From contig SYGQ01000010.1 of the NCBI GenBank assembly GCA_005799475.1, positions 2,291-66,290 of the forward strand: a stretch of DNA of 64,000 nt, read 5' to 3'. Below, in pieces: positions 8,816 to 18,212 of this stretch. Both the position numbers and the translations under genes were made by a program. The notes beneath the pieces are model-generated. The model did no database searches. It worked only from the letters and a program-made list of their open reading frames with translations, and was not told where the DNA came from. Position 1 is the first letter of the stretch. Every line of letters begins with the position of its first letter. The DNA comes from Planctomycetia bacterium. Lineage in GTDB: Bacteria; Planctomycetota; Phycisphaerae; Phycisphaerales; SM1A02.

Positions 8816-10747
8816 TCAGGTACCCGGCTGCGTGGTCGAAGACGGACCGGAGAAGAAGTATTCCTCGGGGCTGAGCCCGGTCTTGTACATGCGGACATTG
8901 CCGAAGTCCCGCTTGATGAGCCGGAGCCATGGTGCGACTCGAATGAAGGTGTAGGGCTGGCCTTCGGCGATGACTCGCTCAAGCTCGTGCCAGACGAGCA
9001 TGCGCATGGCCGGATCCATGGTGCGACGCCCCTTCTCGATGAGCGCGTCCGCTTCGGGACTCGACCACTGCGAAAAATTGTCGCGCCCCTTGGCCATGCT
9101 CTCGGAGTGATAGGTCTGGCGCGGGTCGCTCTCGGGAGAGTTTGCGCTCCAGGCCAGCGTGATCGCATCGAAGTCGCGTGACTTCAGGAGGTCTTGGTAG
9201 CGCGCCCAATCGATGGGCCGCGTCGTCACCTCGATGCCCGCCTTGTTGTAGGAGTCGACCACGAACCGCGCGATTCGCTCGGCAATCTCGCCGCCGGTGG
9301 CGTAGGTGTATTCGAACTTGAACTTCTCGCCCTTCTCATTCTCAAGGATGCCGTCTTGGTTGCGATCCTCCCATCCGGCCTCCTTGAGGAGAGCCATGGC
9401 GGCCTGCGGATTGAATTCCAGAGGCGACAGCGATGGGTTTGATGCAGGGCTCTCCGGGTTGAACGGACCCTTGGCCACCACGCCAATGCCGTCCCAGATG
9501 TCGCGGATCATCTTCTCGCGGTCCAACAGCAGCGTCATCGCTCGGCGAACGCGACCGTCTTGAAATGGTGTGAGTCGGCCGGTCTCGCCGCGCGGCCCGC
9601 ACTGCCACGCGATGAATGAGTACCCGCTGCGCATGTTGATCCACTTGAGTGCGTAGTTGGTTTTCTCGAAATCATGGCGGTCGCGAAGGAGCGCGTTGTA
9701 CTGCGGCGATGTCGGCAAGACCATTGAGGCCTCATTGTTGTCGTACGCCACAAGGCGCGCGAGGTCATCCTTGATGACGCGGAAGCGCTGGCCATCGAGG
9801 GGCGCGCGACCGATCCACCAGTTCGGATTGCGCACCAGGACCACATCGTTCCCAGGCGTCCATTGTGTCGATAGTTCCGAGACCGACTTGGGCGTCTGCG
9901 CCATCATGAACGGCCCCGAGCCCATGAGGAGTCCCGTCGACTGATTGACCTGCGCGGCTTCGAACTGCGCGTAGTACTTCTTTGAGAGGATGGGCTCACC
10001 CAACGCGATCAGGATGTTCGAGAAGAGCGCGTCCTTGAACCGAAACTCGACGGACCGCTCGTCGATGACTTCGACACCGTCGAGGATGTCCGCCAGCGTC
10101 GAGCGTGTTCGGTCCGCATCGATGGCCGGGTTCATGATGAAGTCCTGATAGGTCCACCGGACATCTTCGGCGGTGACCGGCGAGCCATCGCTGAACTTCG
10201 CCCGAGGGTTGAGATGCGCCCGGATCCACTTTCCGTCGGGATCCACCTGCCAGGCATCGGCGAGAACCCCAACGAGCATCATCGTCTTGGGGTCGAAGGA
10301 ACCGAGCGACTCGCACACCCGGTCCACCACGCGATTTCCGTAAACATCCGCATACAGATACGGCGTGAGCTTCTGCGGCTGTCCCTCGAAGACTTCGACC
10401 CACTCGCCGCCGACTCGATAGCCAGGCACCTTCGAAGGATCGTTGGCAAAGCTTGGCTCCGGCTGCCACTGAACGGGAACGCCTGTGCGCGCCCAGCCCT
10501 CGGCGCGCGAGGGAGTCGCGGCTGCCACCGGACCGCCGACCGTCGCGCGCGGCGCGGAGACAACGCCGCTCGAGAGCCGGGCATCGACGCCAGCGAGTCG
10601 CTCGTCGAGTGCTCCAACCTGGTCGGCGATCGCCTGAAGCACTGGCCACTGACGGTCGCGCTGGACCATGGACAACCATTGCGTCGCGAGGATCGCCAGA
10701 AGGAGAAGGAGCACGAGAAAGTCCTTGATTCCGAATCGATTCTGCAT
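8816..10747 (-). CDS. ABC transporter substrate-binding protein, family 5 (OppA/DppA-like), N-terminally membrane-anchored
   Basis: Hydrophobic N-terminus FLVLLLLLAILATQW. The rest is family-5 SBP-like (FSDGSPVTAEDVRWTY, GSGPFMM, RNPNWW). Confidence 0.88.
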   Translation of the reverse strand: MQNRFGIKDFLVLLLLLAILATQWLSMVQRDRQWPVLQAIADQVGALDERLAGVDARLSSGVVSAPRATVGGPVAAATPSRAEGWARTGVPVQWQPEPSFANDPSKVPGYRVGGEWVEVFEGQPQKLTPYLYADVYGNRVVDRVCESLGSFDPKTMMLVGVLADAWQVDPDGKWIRAHLNPRAKFSDGSPVTAEDVRWTYQDFIMNPAIDADRTRSTLADILDGVEVIDERSVEFRFKDALFSNILIALGEPILSKKYYAQFEAAQVNQSTGLLMGSGPFMMAQTPKSVSELSTQWTPGNDVVLVRNPNWWIGRAPLDGQRFRVIKDDLARLVAYDNNEASMVLPTSPQYNALLRDRHDFEKTNYALKWINMRSGYSFIAWQCGPRGETGRLTPFQDGRVRRAMTLLLDREKMIRDIWDGIGVVAKGPFNPESPASNPSLSPLEFNPQAAMALLKEAGWEDRNQDGILENEKGEKFKFEYTYATGGEIAERIARFVVDSYNKAGIEVTTRPIDWARYQDLLKSRDFDAITLAWSANSPESDPRQTYHSESMAKGRDNFSQWSSPEADALIEKGRRTMDPAMRMLVWHELERVIAEGQPYTFIRVAPWLRLIKRDFGNVRMYKTGLSPEEYFFSGPSSTTQPGT

Positions 10748-10762
10748 GGGGAAGCGAGGCTA

Positions 10763-11803
10763 TCAGGTCGCGGCGGAGCGACCTCGGCTCGCCGGATCGA
10801 CCCGAGCGCGCACGCCATCGGCGACGAAGTTGAGTGCCAAGAGCGTCATCCCGACCGCCATGCATGGCCACAGGAGCAACCACCAGCGACTGCGAATCGT
10901 GTTGACCTCGGAGAGACCGTCTGCGGCAAGATTTCCCCACGACGGCAGGGGCTCTCGCACACCGATCCCGAGGAAACTCAGGAAGCTCTCGGAGAGGATT
11001 GCTGCGGGAATCGCGAGCGCGCCATACACAACCACGGGAGCAACGATGTTGGGCAAGTAATGCAGGCGAAACTGCCGCGTCCATCCGACACCGATCGCGC
11101 GGCACGCCTCCATGAAGGGCTGCGCACGGAGACTGAGCACCTGCCCGCGAATCACACGCGCCACGGTGAGCCAACTCGTCGCCGCGATCGCGAGGAGAAG
11201 GACCACGAGGTCAAGAGCCTGCCCAGTCCATCCACCCCGGCGCACCCCCATGCGTTCGAGGGCTCCTTCAGCGGCGACCGCAAGCATCACAATGAGCAAG
11301 ATGGACGGCAGCCCGTAGAGCACATCGACCCCACGCATCAGGACGGCGTCGACCCGTCCGCCCGATGCCGCCGCCAGTGCGCCATAGAGCGATCCGACCC
11401 CGACGGCCACAATCGCGGCCACCACTCCAACCATGAGACTGATCGCGCCACCCACGAGGAGCCGCGCCAGAACATCGCGACCGAGGCGGTCCGTCCCGAG
11501 GATTCGAGTGGGGACATACTGACCCGCTGCGGCCTCGGCGTTCCACGCCACATCGGACTCGGGCGTCGACTCCCACCACGATGGTGGCGCGAGCGCGAGA
11601 TCGAGATTGCCTGCTTCGTACCGGCGCACCGGCGCGCCCCCAGAACTCTCGACGCGACCGGCGCTCCACGGCAGCGAACCCACGCACGCGACGAAGACAA
11701 CGACCAAGAGCAGCGCGCCGATCCCCGCCGGCGTCAACCCTCGTCGGTGCCCCCTAGGGGTTGGGAGAATCGGCAGCGGGCGCTTCGCGGGGTGTCGTGC
11801 CAT
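10763..11803 (-). CDS. Second OppC/DppC-like ABC permease
   Basis: ILGTDRLGRDVLARLLVGGAISLMVGVV and the C-terminal core ACRAIGVGWTRQFRLHYLPNIVAPVVV. The start is set at the ATG at 11803 (MARHPAK). An in-frame TTG at 11737 is an alternative start. Confidence 0.8.
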   Translation of the reverse strand: MARHPAKRPLPILPTPRGHRRGLTPAGIGALLLVVVFVACVGSLPWSAGRVESSGGAPVRRYEAGNLDLALAPPSWWESTPESDVAWNAEAAAGQYVPTRILGTDRLGRDVLARLLVGGAISLMVGVVAAIVAVGVGSLYGALAAASGGRVDAVLMRGVDVLYGLPSILLIVMLAVAAEGALERMGVRRGGWTGQALDLVVLLLAIAATSWLTVARVIRGQVLSLRAQPFMEACRAIGVGWTRQFRLHYLPNIVAPVVVYGALAIPAAILSESFLSFLGIGVREPLPSWGNLAADGLSEVNTIRSRWWLLLWPCMAVGMTLLALNFVADGVRARVDPASRGRSAAT

Positions 11804-12548
11804 CGGGAGATGCGGGCGCGACCCCTCGCCCGGACGCTGCCGCGTCGGGTTGGGTTTGCGCCGCAGGCGGAAGCGTATCGACCGGCGCGCGGCCAAGATT
11901 GACCGATGAGGGACTGCCAGCCTTGCACGCCGCCACCACCGCGTCAACCGACGACTCACGCGCGCGCGAGTCTCGCTCGAGTTCCAGTCGCATGCTGCGC
12001 ATGACGGCATCGAGTTCGGCAAGTTCCATCGCGCGTGACCGGAGGTTGAGGTCCACTAGCGTTCCCGAGAGACCGCGGATGCGAGCCTCCAGCGATGCGG
12101 CCTCCTCAGCGCGCGCGGTCAAACTGGCGCTCGCCCACATCGGCCCGAGCGCGTCGATCTCGCCCTGCACTCGAATCTCCTCGACGCGCAACGCATAGAG
12201 CGCCGGCTTGCGCGCCTTGAGCACCGCAAGGGAGGAGAGCCTTCGAAACCCCTTCGACATCGCGGCCTTGAATGCCTCGGGATCGCGGGCTCTCGCTTCG
12301 GCGAGCGAGGTCCCCCACTCGGGCGACACTTCTCGGGCGACCTCAATGAGCGCCTCCGGCGAAACCCCGCGCACGCCGCCGCGCGCTGGAGCCTCCGCCG
12401 TTGCGGTGCAAGACACCGTCGATCCCTGAGCCGTGTACGCCGTGGCACAGGTTCGGCTAAGGATTGCCGCCCACCCAACGGTCCCATCGTTCATCGATGC
12501 GTCAACGGCAAATGAAGCTGCCGCGAGCGCGAGCGCTGGGAGGATCAT
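11754..12548 (-). CDS. Hypothetical secreted protein, Ala/Arg/Glu-rich and probably coiled-coil
   Basis: Signal-like N-terminus MILPALALAAASFAVDA. Third codon positions are G/C-rich throughout. There is a 4-nt overlap with the upstream anti-sigma-like gene and a ~50-nt overlap with the permease start. No family was recognised. Confidence 0.55.
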   Translation of the reverse strand: MILPALALAAASFAVDASMNDGTVGWAAILSRTCATAYTAQGSTVSCTATAEAPARGGVRGVSPEALIEVAREVSPEWGTSLAEARARDPEAFKAAMSKGFRRLSSLAVLKARKPALYALRVEEIRVQGEIDALGPMWASASLTARAEEAASLEARIRGLSGTLVDLNLRSRAMELAELDAVMRSMRLELERDSRARESSVDAVVAACKAGSPSSVNLGRAPVDTLPPAAQTQPDAAASGRGVAPASPDGTTPREAPAADSPNP

Positions 12549-13048
12549 CGATCACCTCCTCCGGCAACGACGAGCCGGACTTCCGAGTCAAGGTCGCTGA
12601 AGCTTGCGTCGCGGCTTCGAAGAATGGGCATGGCCTGCGCGGCCAACAACTCCGAGGCCGACGGGCTCTCTTGCTCGACGACTTCGCTTCCGGCGAGGAG
12701 TGCCACAAGAACCGGCTCCGACTCGCCACCGACCCGGTCGGCGAGCGTCATGTCGACTCCGAGCCGTGCGGTTTGCGTTGAGACACCGACGAAGAGTGCA
12801 AGCACGATCGACGCGGCTGCCGCGAGGCCGGCACCCCAAGACCACGCGCGTGCGCCCGATTCGGATCGCGCGACGAGCCCGTGTCGCCCGATCAACGGAG
12901 CCGACGCCTGAAAGACGCGCTGTGTAAGTCCGTCACAACATCGCACCGCTCGCGCGCGCGCCTCGAGCATGTCACTGAGGCGATCGCCTTCGCTCGGTCG
13001 CTCGCCCAATGGATCACCGCTCCACCAACCGCCGTCGTTCATGTCCAT
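12545..13048 (-). CDS. Putative anti-sigma factor, single-pass membrane protein
   Basis: It lies 32 nt downstream of the ECF sigma gene. It has one central hydrophobic helix (AGLAAAASIVLALFVGV). No zinc-binding anti-sigma (ZAS) motif is present. The call rests on position and topology only. Confidence 0.5.
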   Translation of the reverse strand: MDMNDGGWWSGDPLGERPSEGDRLSDMLEARARAVRCCDGLTQRVFQASAPLIGRHGLVARSESGARAWSWGAGLAAAASIVLALFVGVSTQTARLGVDMTLADRVGGESEPVLVALLAGSEVVEQESPSASELLAAQAMPILRSRDASFSDLDSEVRLVVAGGGDR

Positions 13049-13080
13049 GTCGAAACGCCTCCGTCGTTGTGGGATTGCAT

Positions 13081-13668
13081 CTAGAAGTCCTGATTTGGGG
13101 ATCGTTCGATCGCCTTGCGCAACTTCGCAAGGGCCCGATGATGACGCGCGAGAAGCGTCCCGACTGGCTCCCCCGTCATGGCCGAGATGGCTGCGAAACT
13201 CAGTTCCGCGATGAACCTCAAGTCGATGATCTGCCGATCCGCGGCATTGAGGTCGAGGAGTGCGCTCTCAAGCACGCGCCTGTCCCCCGCCGGTATTGCC
13301 CGATAACCCGCTTTCCCGCCTTCTGCATTGAATGCCTCGGCATCCCCAAACGCGGCAAGCTTCTCGTGGTCGGTCGGGGTCGCATGCCTACCCCGGCGTC
13401 GCATCTCATCGCGAAGTCGGTTGAGTGCCACGCGGAAGAGCCAGGACTCGAAGCGCCCCTGCTCGACATAGTCAGGGAGTTTCTCCGCGAGGGTGACGAA
13501 GACCGACTGGGTTAGCTCTTCGGCAAGTTCTTCGTCGCGACAGCGTGCCCGCAGCAAGCCGAAGACACGGGGCGAGTATGACTCGACAAGGGAGCGCCAA
13601 GCGTCCTCGTTTCCTGCCGCGGCCGCGCGAAGCAGCGCGACGACGCGCTCCTTCGGTGCCTCGTCCAT
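13081..13668 (-). CDS. ECF-type RNA polymerase sigma factor (sigma-70 family, group 4)
   Basis: Region 2 reads YSPRVFGLLRARCRDEELAEELTQSVFVTLAEKL...FESWLFRVALNRLRDEMRR. Region 4 reads LNAADRQIIDLRFIAELSFAAISAMTGEPVGTLLARHHRALAKLR. Confidence 0.88.
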   Translation of the reverse strand: MDEAPKERVVALLRAAAAGNEDAWRSLVESYSPRVFGLLRARCRDEELAEELTQSVFVTLAEKLPDYVEQGRFESWLFRVALNRLRDEMRRRGRHATPTDHEKLAAFGDAEAFNAEGGKAGYRAIPAGDRRVLESALLDLNAADRQIIDLRFIAELSFAAISAMTGEPVGTLLARHHRALAKLRKAIERSPNQDF

Positions 13669-13706
13669 CGCTGGAGTCTACGAACGACGGGCTGACACGG
13701 CTCGGA

Positions 13707-15176
13707 TCACTCTGGGATGCCGTACTCGCGCGGCTCGTACGCGCCGAACGAGACACCAACCGGTGGCAGCGAAGCCGAGTAGGAACGGAAACATGTCGAA
13801 CCTTGATCCCACACGAGCTTGACAACACCCGTGGGACCGTTGCGCTGCTTCGCGAAGATCAACTCGGCGATCCCAGCCTTGTCGGGATTCGCGACCTTCC
13901 ACTCCTCGTCGCCGTGGTGGTAGTACTCCTCGCGGTGCAGCATCAGAATGACATCCGCGTCCTGCTCGATCGAGCCTGACTCGCGAAGGTCGCTCATGCG
14001 CGGGCGGTGGCCCTCGCGCTGCTCCGCGGCGCGGTTGAGCTGAGAGAGGCACACGACAGGAATCGCCAGTTCGCGAGCCATGGCCTTGATCCCACGGCTG
14101 ATCTCGCTCACCTCGATCTGCCGACTCTCAGCGCGCGATCCCGAACTCATGAGCTGCAGGTAATCGATGAAGATGCAGCCAACCCCGAACTTCTCGCGCA
14201 TCCGCCGTCCCTTGGAACGAAGTTGGAGAAGCGTGAGCCCAGGCGTGTCATCGATGTAGATCTTCGACTTGTCGAGCGCGTTGCACGCAGCCACCAAACG
14301 CGCCGAATCTTCCCGCAGAAGCGTCCCTCTCCGGAGGCGCTGTCCGTCGACGCCAGCCTTCGCGCACAAGAGGCGCTGCACCAGTTGCTGCCGCCCCATC
14401 TCGAGACTGAACATCGCTACCGGCTGTCCGGTCAAGGCCACCCCTTCCATCAGGTTGAGCGCGAGCGCCGTCTTGCCCATGGAAGGGCGCGCGGCAAGGA
14501 CGAGCATGTCGCCGCGCTGGAGCCCGCTGGCCATCTCGTCAAGGTCGCTGAAGCCCGTCGCGAGACCAGTGAGCCCGGTGCCATCGCGCGACTCGATCGC
14601 CTTCATCGCCTCGCGCAGGAGATCAGGCAGGGCCGAAACGGCGACCGAATCCCTGCGCTGCGCAATGGCGAAGATCCGCTGTTCCGCAGCCTCCAGGATG
14701 TTCTGCGCCTCGTCGGTCACCTGATACGCGTCATGCATCGTCGACGACGACGCGTCGATCAGTTGGCGCAGCGTCGCCTTGTCGCGCACGGTGCGCGCGT
14801 ACTCGAGCGCGAACTGCGCGCTGGGCACGGACTCCGAGAGCTGCACGAGATACTCGAGACCGCCGACCGACTCGAGCACCTTTCGATCCGTCAGGTGTTG
14901 GTGGAGCCTGACGGCATCGGCCGACGCCGTGCGGTCATAGATCTCCACGAGTGCGGCGTAGATGGTGCGGTGGCGTTCCTGGAAAAAGTCATCGGCGGTG
15001 GCGATGATCCCGACCACATCTCCGATCACACCCGAGTCCACCAACATGCTCCCAAGGAGAGCCATCTCGGCTTCGGGGGCGTTGGGGGGCATCCCCTTCA
15101 GGAGCCGGATGGCCTCCTGTGGATCGACCCGCTCCCGTTGGTCGGCATCGTGCCTCGATCGCCCCGCCCGCGCCAT
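13707..15176 (-). CDS. dnaB: Replicative DNA helicase DnaB
   Basis: PPNAPEAEMALLGSML, Walker A AARPSMGKTALALN, IDYLQLM and SQLNRAAEQR. I preferred the ATG at 15176, which overlaps the HU stop (TGATG). The ORF also allows 15224. Confidence 0.92.
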   Translation of the reverse strand: MARAGRSRHDADQRERVDPQEAIRLLKGMPPNAPEAEMALLGSMLVDSGVIGDVVGIIATADDFFQERHRTIYAALVEIYDRTASADAVRLHQHLTDRKVLESVGGLEYLVQLSESVPSAQFALEYARTVRDKATLRQLIDASSSTMHDAYQVTDEAQNILEAAEQRIFAIAQRRDSVAVSALPDLLREAMKAIESRDGTGLTGLATGFSDLDEMASGLQRGDMLVLAARPSMGKTALALNLMEGVALTGQPVAMFSLEMGRQQLVQRLLCAKAGVDGQRLRRGTLLREDSARLVAACNALDKSKIYIDDTPGLTLLQLRSKGRRMREKFGVGCIFIDYLQLMSSGSRAESRQIEVSEISRGIKAMARELAIPVVCLSQLNRAAEQREGHRPRMSDLRESGSIEQDADVILMLHREEYYHHGDEEWKVANPDKAGIAELIFAKQRNGPTGVVKLVWDQGSTCFRSYSASLPPVGVSFGAYEPREYGIPE

Positions 15177-15493
15177 CAACTCGCGCCTACGGCTTCGCGC
15201 GAGGACTTCGAGCGCATCACGCACTCACCCATGAGGCGTCCGGCCTTGAATCGCACGGCACGCCGCGCTGGGACCACGACCTGCTCGAGCGTCTTGGGGT
15301 TCTGCGCGGTGCGGGCCGCACGGTCTCGCACCTCGAACACGCCAAAGTCGCGAAACTCAAGCCGATTCCCCGCTTGCAGTTCAGCGATCATCTCATCGAG
15401 GAACTGTTGCACCGAGGTCTTGACATCACCGCGCTTGATGCCGGACTTTTCAGCGATGCGGTCGATGAGATCCTTCTTCGTCGTTGTTGCCAT
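15176..15493 (-). CDS. HU/IHF-family DNA-binding protein
   Basis: KKDLIDRIAEKSGIKRGDVKTSVQQFLDEMIAELQAGNRLEFRDFGVFEVRDRAARTAQNPKT is a typical HU/IHF fold signature, including the R-x-x-R-N-P arm. Confidence 0.88.
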   Translation of the reverse strand: MATTTKKDLIDRIAEKSGIKRGDVKTSVQQFLDEMIAELQAGNRLEFRDFGVFEVRDRAARTAQNPKTLEQVVVPARRAVRFKAGRLMGECVMRSKSSREAVGAS

Positions 15494-15637
15494 TCGTGTG
15501 CCCCACTCAGAGTTTGCTGGTGCGATCCAAAGTCAGACGCGGTTCACTGCAGCCCGCACGCGCATGGTCTCACACCTCACCACGCGCACGACGGCACTTC
15601 ACGACTGAGCAAAGTATCGTCCGCATCGCCGCTTGAG

Positions 15638-17170
15638 TCAAGGGGCAGACGCTCGTTCACCAAGTTTGCACTCCGCGCGCACACGCTCCACGACGGAGCT
15701 CGTCGAGACGCCGGGCCGGTGCGCGAGAATTTTCATTTCTATTCCGAGCGACTTGACAAGCGCTGATTCCGCGACCTCTTCGGGTGCATAGTCCCCTCCT
15801 TTGACGAAGATATCCGGGCGCACCGCGCGAAGCAGTTCTGATGCGGTTCGCTCGCCAAACACCGTCAAGAAGTCAATGGAGGTCAGTTCGCCAAGGATCT
15901 CGAGGCGCTCAGTTTCGTTGTAGATCGGTCGCGTTGATCCCTTGAGTGCGCGGACTGACTCGTCCGAGTTCAATCCCACCACGAGGAGATCGCCCTGCGC
16001 CTTGGCCTCACGCAAGTAGGCGATGTGGCCAGCGTGGATCACATCGAAGCATCCGTTCGTGAGCACGATCCGCTTCCCGGCTCGGCGATGGGGGATCAGT
16101 TCCTCGACAAGGTCCTCGCGCGTACGCCGCTTGCCGGCCGCCCCCTGAGTCTGACGAAGGAACTGAGCACGAATCTCTGGGAGGCTGAAGGGTCGCACCC
16201 CGAAGACTTCGACTTCAAGCCCGGCCGCGACATTGGCAAGGCTCACAGCGTCCGGCCACGACAGCCCATTGGCGATGCCCCCTGCGAGTGCGGCGAGCAC
16301 CATGTCCCCAGCACCTGTGACATCGTAAACCTGCCTCGCAACGGTCGGTAGGTGCTCCGCGGATCCCCCTCGTTCGAGGACGAGTGCGCCATCCTTGTCA
16401 AGGGTCACCACGATGGCGTCGAGATCCAGCGATCGCAGAAGGCCCTCGGCCATCTGCCTCGAGCCCGCGACCGCATCCGACGGATCGACCGTGATCCCAG
16501 TGGCGCGCTCGGCCTCGGACCGGTTGGGTGTGATCGCGGTGGCGTGCGCGTACCGCGAGTAGTCAGCAATCGGCGCCGGATCGACCAAGACAGGGATCCG
16601 CCGCGCGCGGCAGGCCGCGATCACGGCTGCGCAGAGTGCCGGCGTACAGACTCCCTTGCGGTAATCCTCGAGGCACACGACATCACACGCATCAAGACGA
16701 CGCTCAATCTGCCGGAGCAGCGCCGTGTGAATCGCGTCAGCCAGCGGCTCGCGCGACTCGATGTCGATCCTGAACATTTTCTGCGGATGGCGATGCTGAG
16801 CGCGCCCAACGATGTTTCGCTTTGTCGTCGTCGGCCGCGAGGTGTCGACGACCAATCCATCGACGCCACAGCCGGCGTGCTCAAGCGCCGACGAAAGCAG
16901 ACGACCCTCAGCGTCGTCACCGATGACACCGACACATTCGACCGTGGCGCCAAGCCCGGCGGCGAACACGCCGACATTCCCAGCCCCTCCAGCCGTGTCC
17001 GTCGTCGCCGATGGATCGCGCACCGCCAAGACGGGAACTGGTGCGTCCGGACTCAGGCGCTCCGCGTCCCCCTCGAGCGACTGATCGAGCATGAAGTCCC
17101 CAACCACCAGGAGTCGATACGGGCGCCAGCGGCGCAGGGCTTCCAAGATCCGCGCTTCGTGAGCTGCCAT
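15638..17170 (-). CDS. hldE: Bifunctional D-beta-D-heptose 7-phosphate kinase / heptose 1-phosphate adenylyltransferase
   Basis: The N-terminal ribokinase-like part reads LLVVGDFMLDQ...DVTGAGD. The C-terminal cytidylyltransferase part reads TNGCFDVIHAGHIAYL...VVGLNSD. The start is set at the ATG at 17170. Confidence 0.9.
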   Translation of the reverse strand: MAAHEARILEALRRWRPYRLLVVGDFMLDQSLEGDAERLSPDAPVPVLAVRDPSATTDTAGGAGNVGVFAAGLGATVECVGVIGDDAEGRLLSSALEHAGCGVDGLVVDTSRPTTTKRNIVGRAQHRHPQKMFRIDIESREPLADAIHTALLRQIERRLDACDVVCLEDYRKGVCTPALCAAVIAACRARRIPVLVDPAPIADYSRYAHATAITPNRSEAERATGITVDPSDAVAGSRQMAEGLLRSLDLDAIVVTLDKDGALVLERGGSAEHLPTVARQVYDVTGAGDMVLAALAGGIANGLSWPDAVSLANVAAGLEVEVFGVRPFSLPEIRAQFLRQTQGAAGKRRTREDLVEELIPHRRAGKRIVLTNGCFDVIHAGHIAYLREAKAQGDLLVVGLNSDESVRALKGSTRPIYNETERLEILGELTSIDFLTVFGERTASELLRAVRPDIFVKGGDYAPEEVAESALVKSLGIEMKILAHRPGVSTSSVVERVRAECKLGERASAP

Positions 17171-17180
17171 GGGCGCGAGG

Positions 17181-18212
17181 TTACCGCTGCCCGATCGCGA
17201 TCCGTAGTGCTTCCCGAAGTTCGTCGGCACCCGTGTGCATCCGGAGTGCGAGCCGGGGCACGAGGATCGGGAGTCCGAGATTGGCGACCAACGGCGCGAG
17301 CTTCGACCAGTCCTTGCCCGTCACCAGAATCGCCTCGGCGCCGTCGCGCCGCCCGGCACGCGAAAGTGCCTGCACCATCGCTGGGTCGTACCGCGCGTGA
17401 TCGCCCAACGATGGGGCGCTGACCACCTGCGCCCCGTGCGACATTGTCGCCTGCACGATCTCATCTCCGTGGGCAACCCCAGCCCACACGCCGACCCTGC
17501 GCCCGTGAAGCCAGTTGCACGCGACGACGGCGACCCCGTTGGCCTCCCCGGGTTCGAACCGCTCGAGATGCTCCCATTCCGAGTCGCACCACGCCAAAGG
17601 CACTCGGCCGTGTACGCCTTCAATCGCGCGCGCGATCGACGCGTTGACCGCTGCGACTCGCGTGACGACGACGGCATGGGCCCGTCGCAAGTTTGCCGCG
17701 GGCTCGCGGAGCCATCCACGCGGAAGCAGCCCGCTCCGCAGTGCGGGCGCAGCGCCGTTGACGAGCACGAGGTCGAACTCACGCGCGAGTTGTCGGTGTT
17801 GGAACCCGTCATCGAGGATGACAAGATCGCACAACGGATGCGCCGCTCTCACGAGTGCAACTTGTTCGTAGCGATCAGGACCCACGGCGAGCGGGACCCC
17901 TGGGAGTTCGCGCCGATGCTCTTCAGCTTCGTCGGAAATCCCCGCGCGACTCCGGTAGCCGCGCATCGCGATCAGCGGGTGCCGCCCCGTTTCGATCGCC
18001 CAGCGAGCGACCCAGCGCGTCATGGGGCTCTTGCCCGTACCGCCCGCCACGATGTTGCCCACGGAGATCACTGGGACGCCCACGCTCCGGACGCCAACAC
18101 GGCGATCGAATCGGCCGTTCCTCCACGCCACGGCGATGCCATAGCCCCACTCGGGCACTCGTGAGAGCGGCGCAATCCACGCAGGCCACGGACCGGCGCG
18201 GCCATCACCCAC
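17181..18212 (-). CDS. lpxK: Tetraacyldisaccharide 4'-kinase
   Basis: VISVGNIVAGGTGKSPMTRWVA is the LpxK P-loop, with ILDDGFQH downstream. The start is uncertain. GTG at 18212 overlaps the maf stop by 8 nt and gives a typical ~343 aa. The ATG at 18281 is an alternative. Confidence 0.82.
   Translation of the reverse strand: MGDGRAGPWPAWIAPLSRVPEWGYGIAVAWRNGRFDRRVGVRSVGVPVISVGNIVAGGTGKSPMTRWVARWAIETGRHPLIAMRGYRSRAGISDEAEEHRRELPGVPLAVGPDRYEQVALVRAAHPLCDLVILDDGFQHRQLAREFDLVLVNGAAPALRSGLLPRGWLREPAANLRRAHAVVVTRVAAVNASIARAIEGVHGRVPLAWCDSEWEHLERFEPGEANGVAVVACNWLHGRRVGVWAGVAHGDEIVQATMSHGAQVVSAPSLGDHARYDPAMVQALSRAGRRDGAEAILVTGKDWSKLAPLVANLGLPILVPRLALRMHTGADELREALRIAIGQR

Noticed and set aside
10214-11902. 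562-aa plus-strand ORF, and similar long ORFs antisense to well-supported genes. These include 14007..15608, 29377..30525, 31896..33089, 35520..36305, 44829..46208, 52483..53634, 59536..60612 and 60084..61136.
   Set aside because: These are typical high-GC shadow ORFs. They are Arg/Pro/His/Gly-rich with no recognisable motifs, and each lies opposite a gene with clear family signatures.
12545-13048. Assigning the 167-aa protein to a defined anti-sigma family (ZAS or RskA-like).
   Set aside because: No HxxxCxxC zinc motif or other family signature is visible. Only position and single-pass topology support an anti-sigma role, so it is reported with low confidence only.
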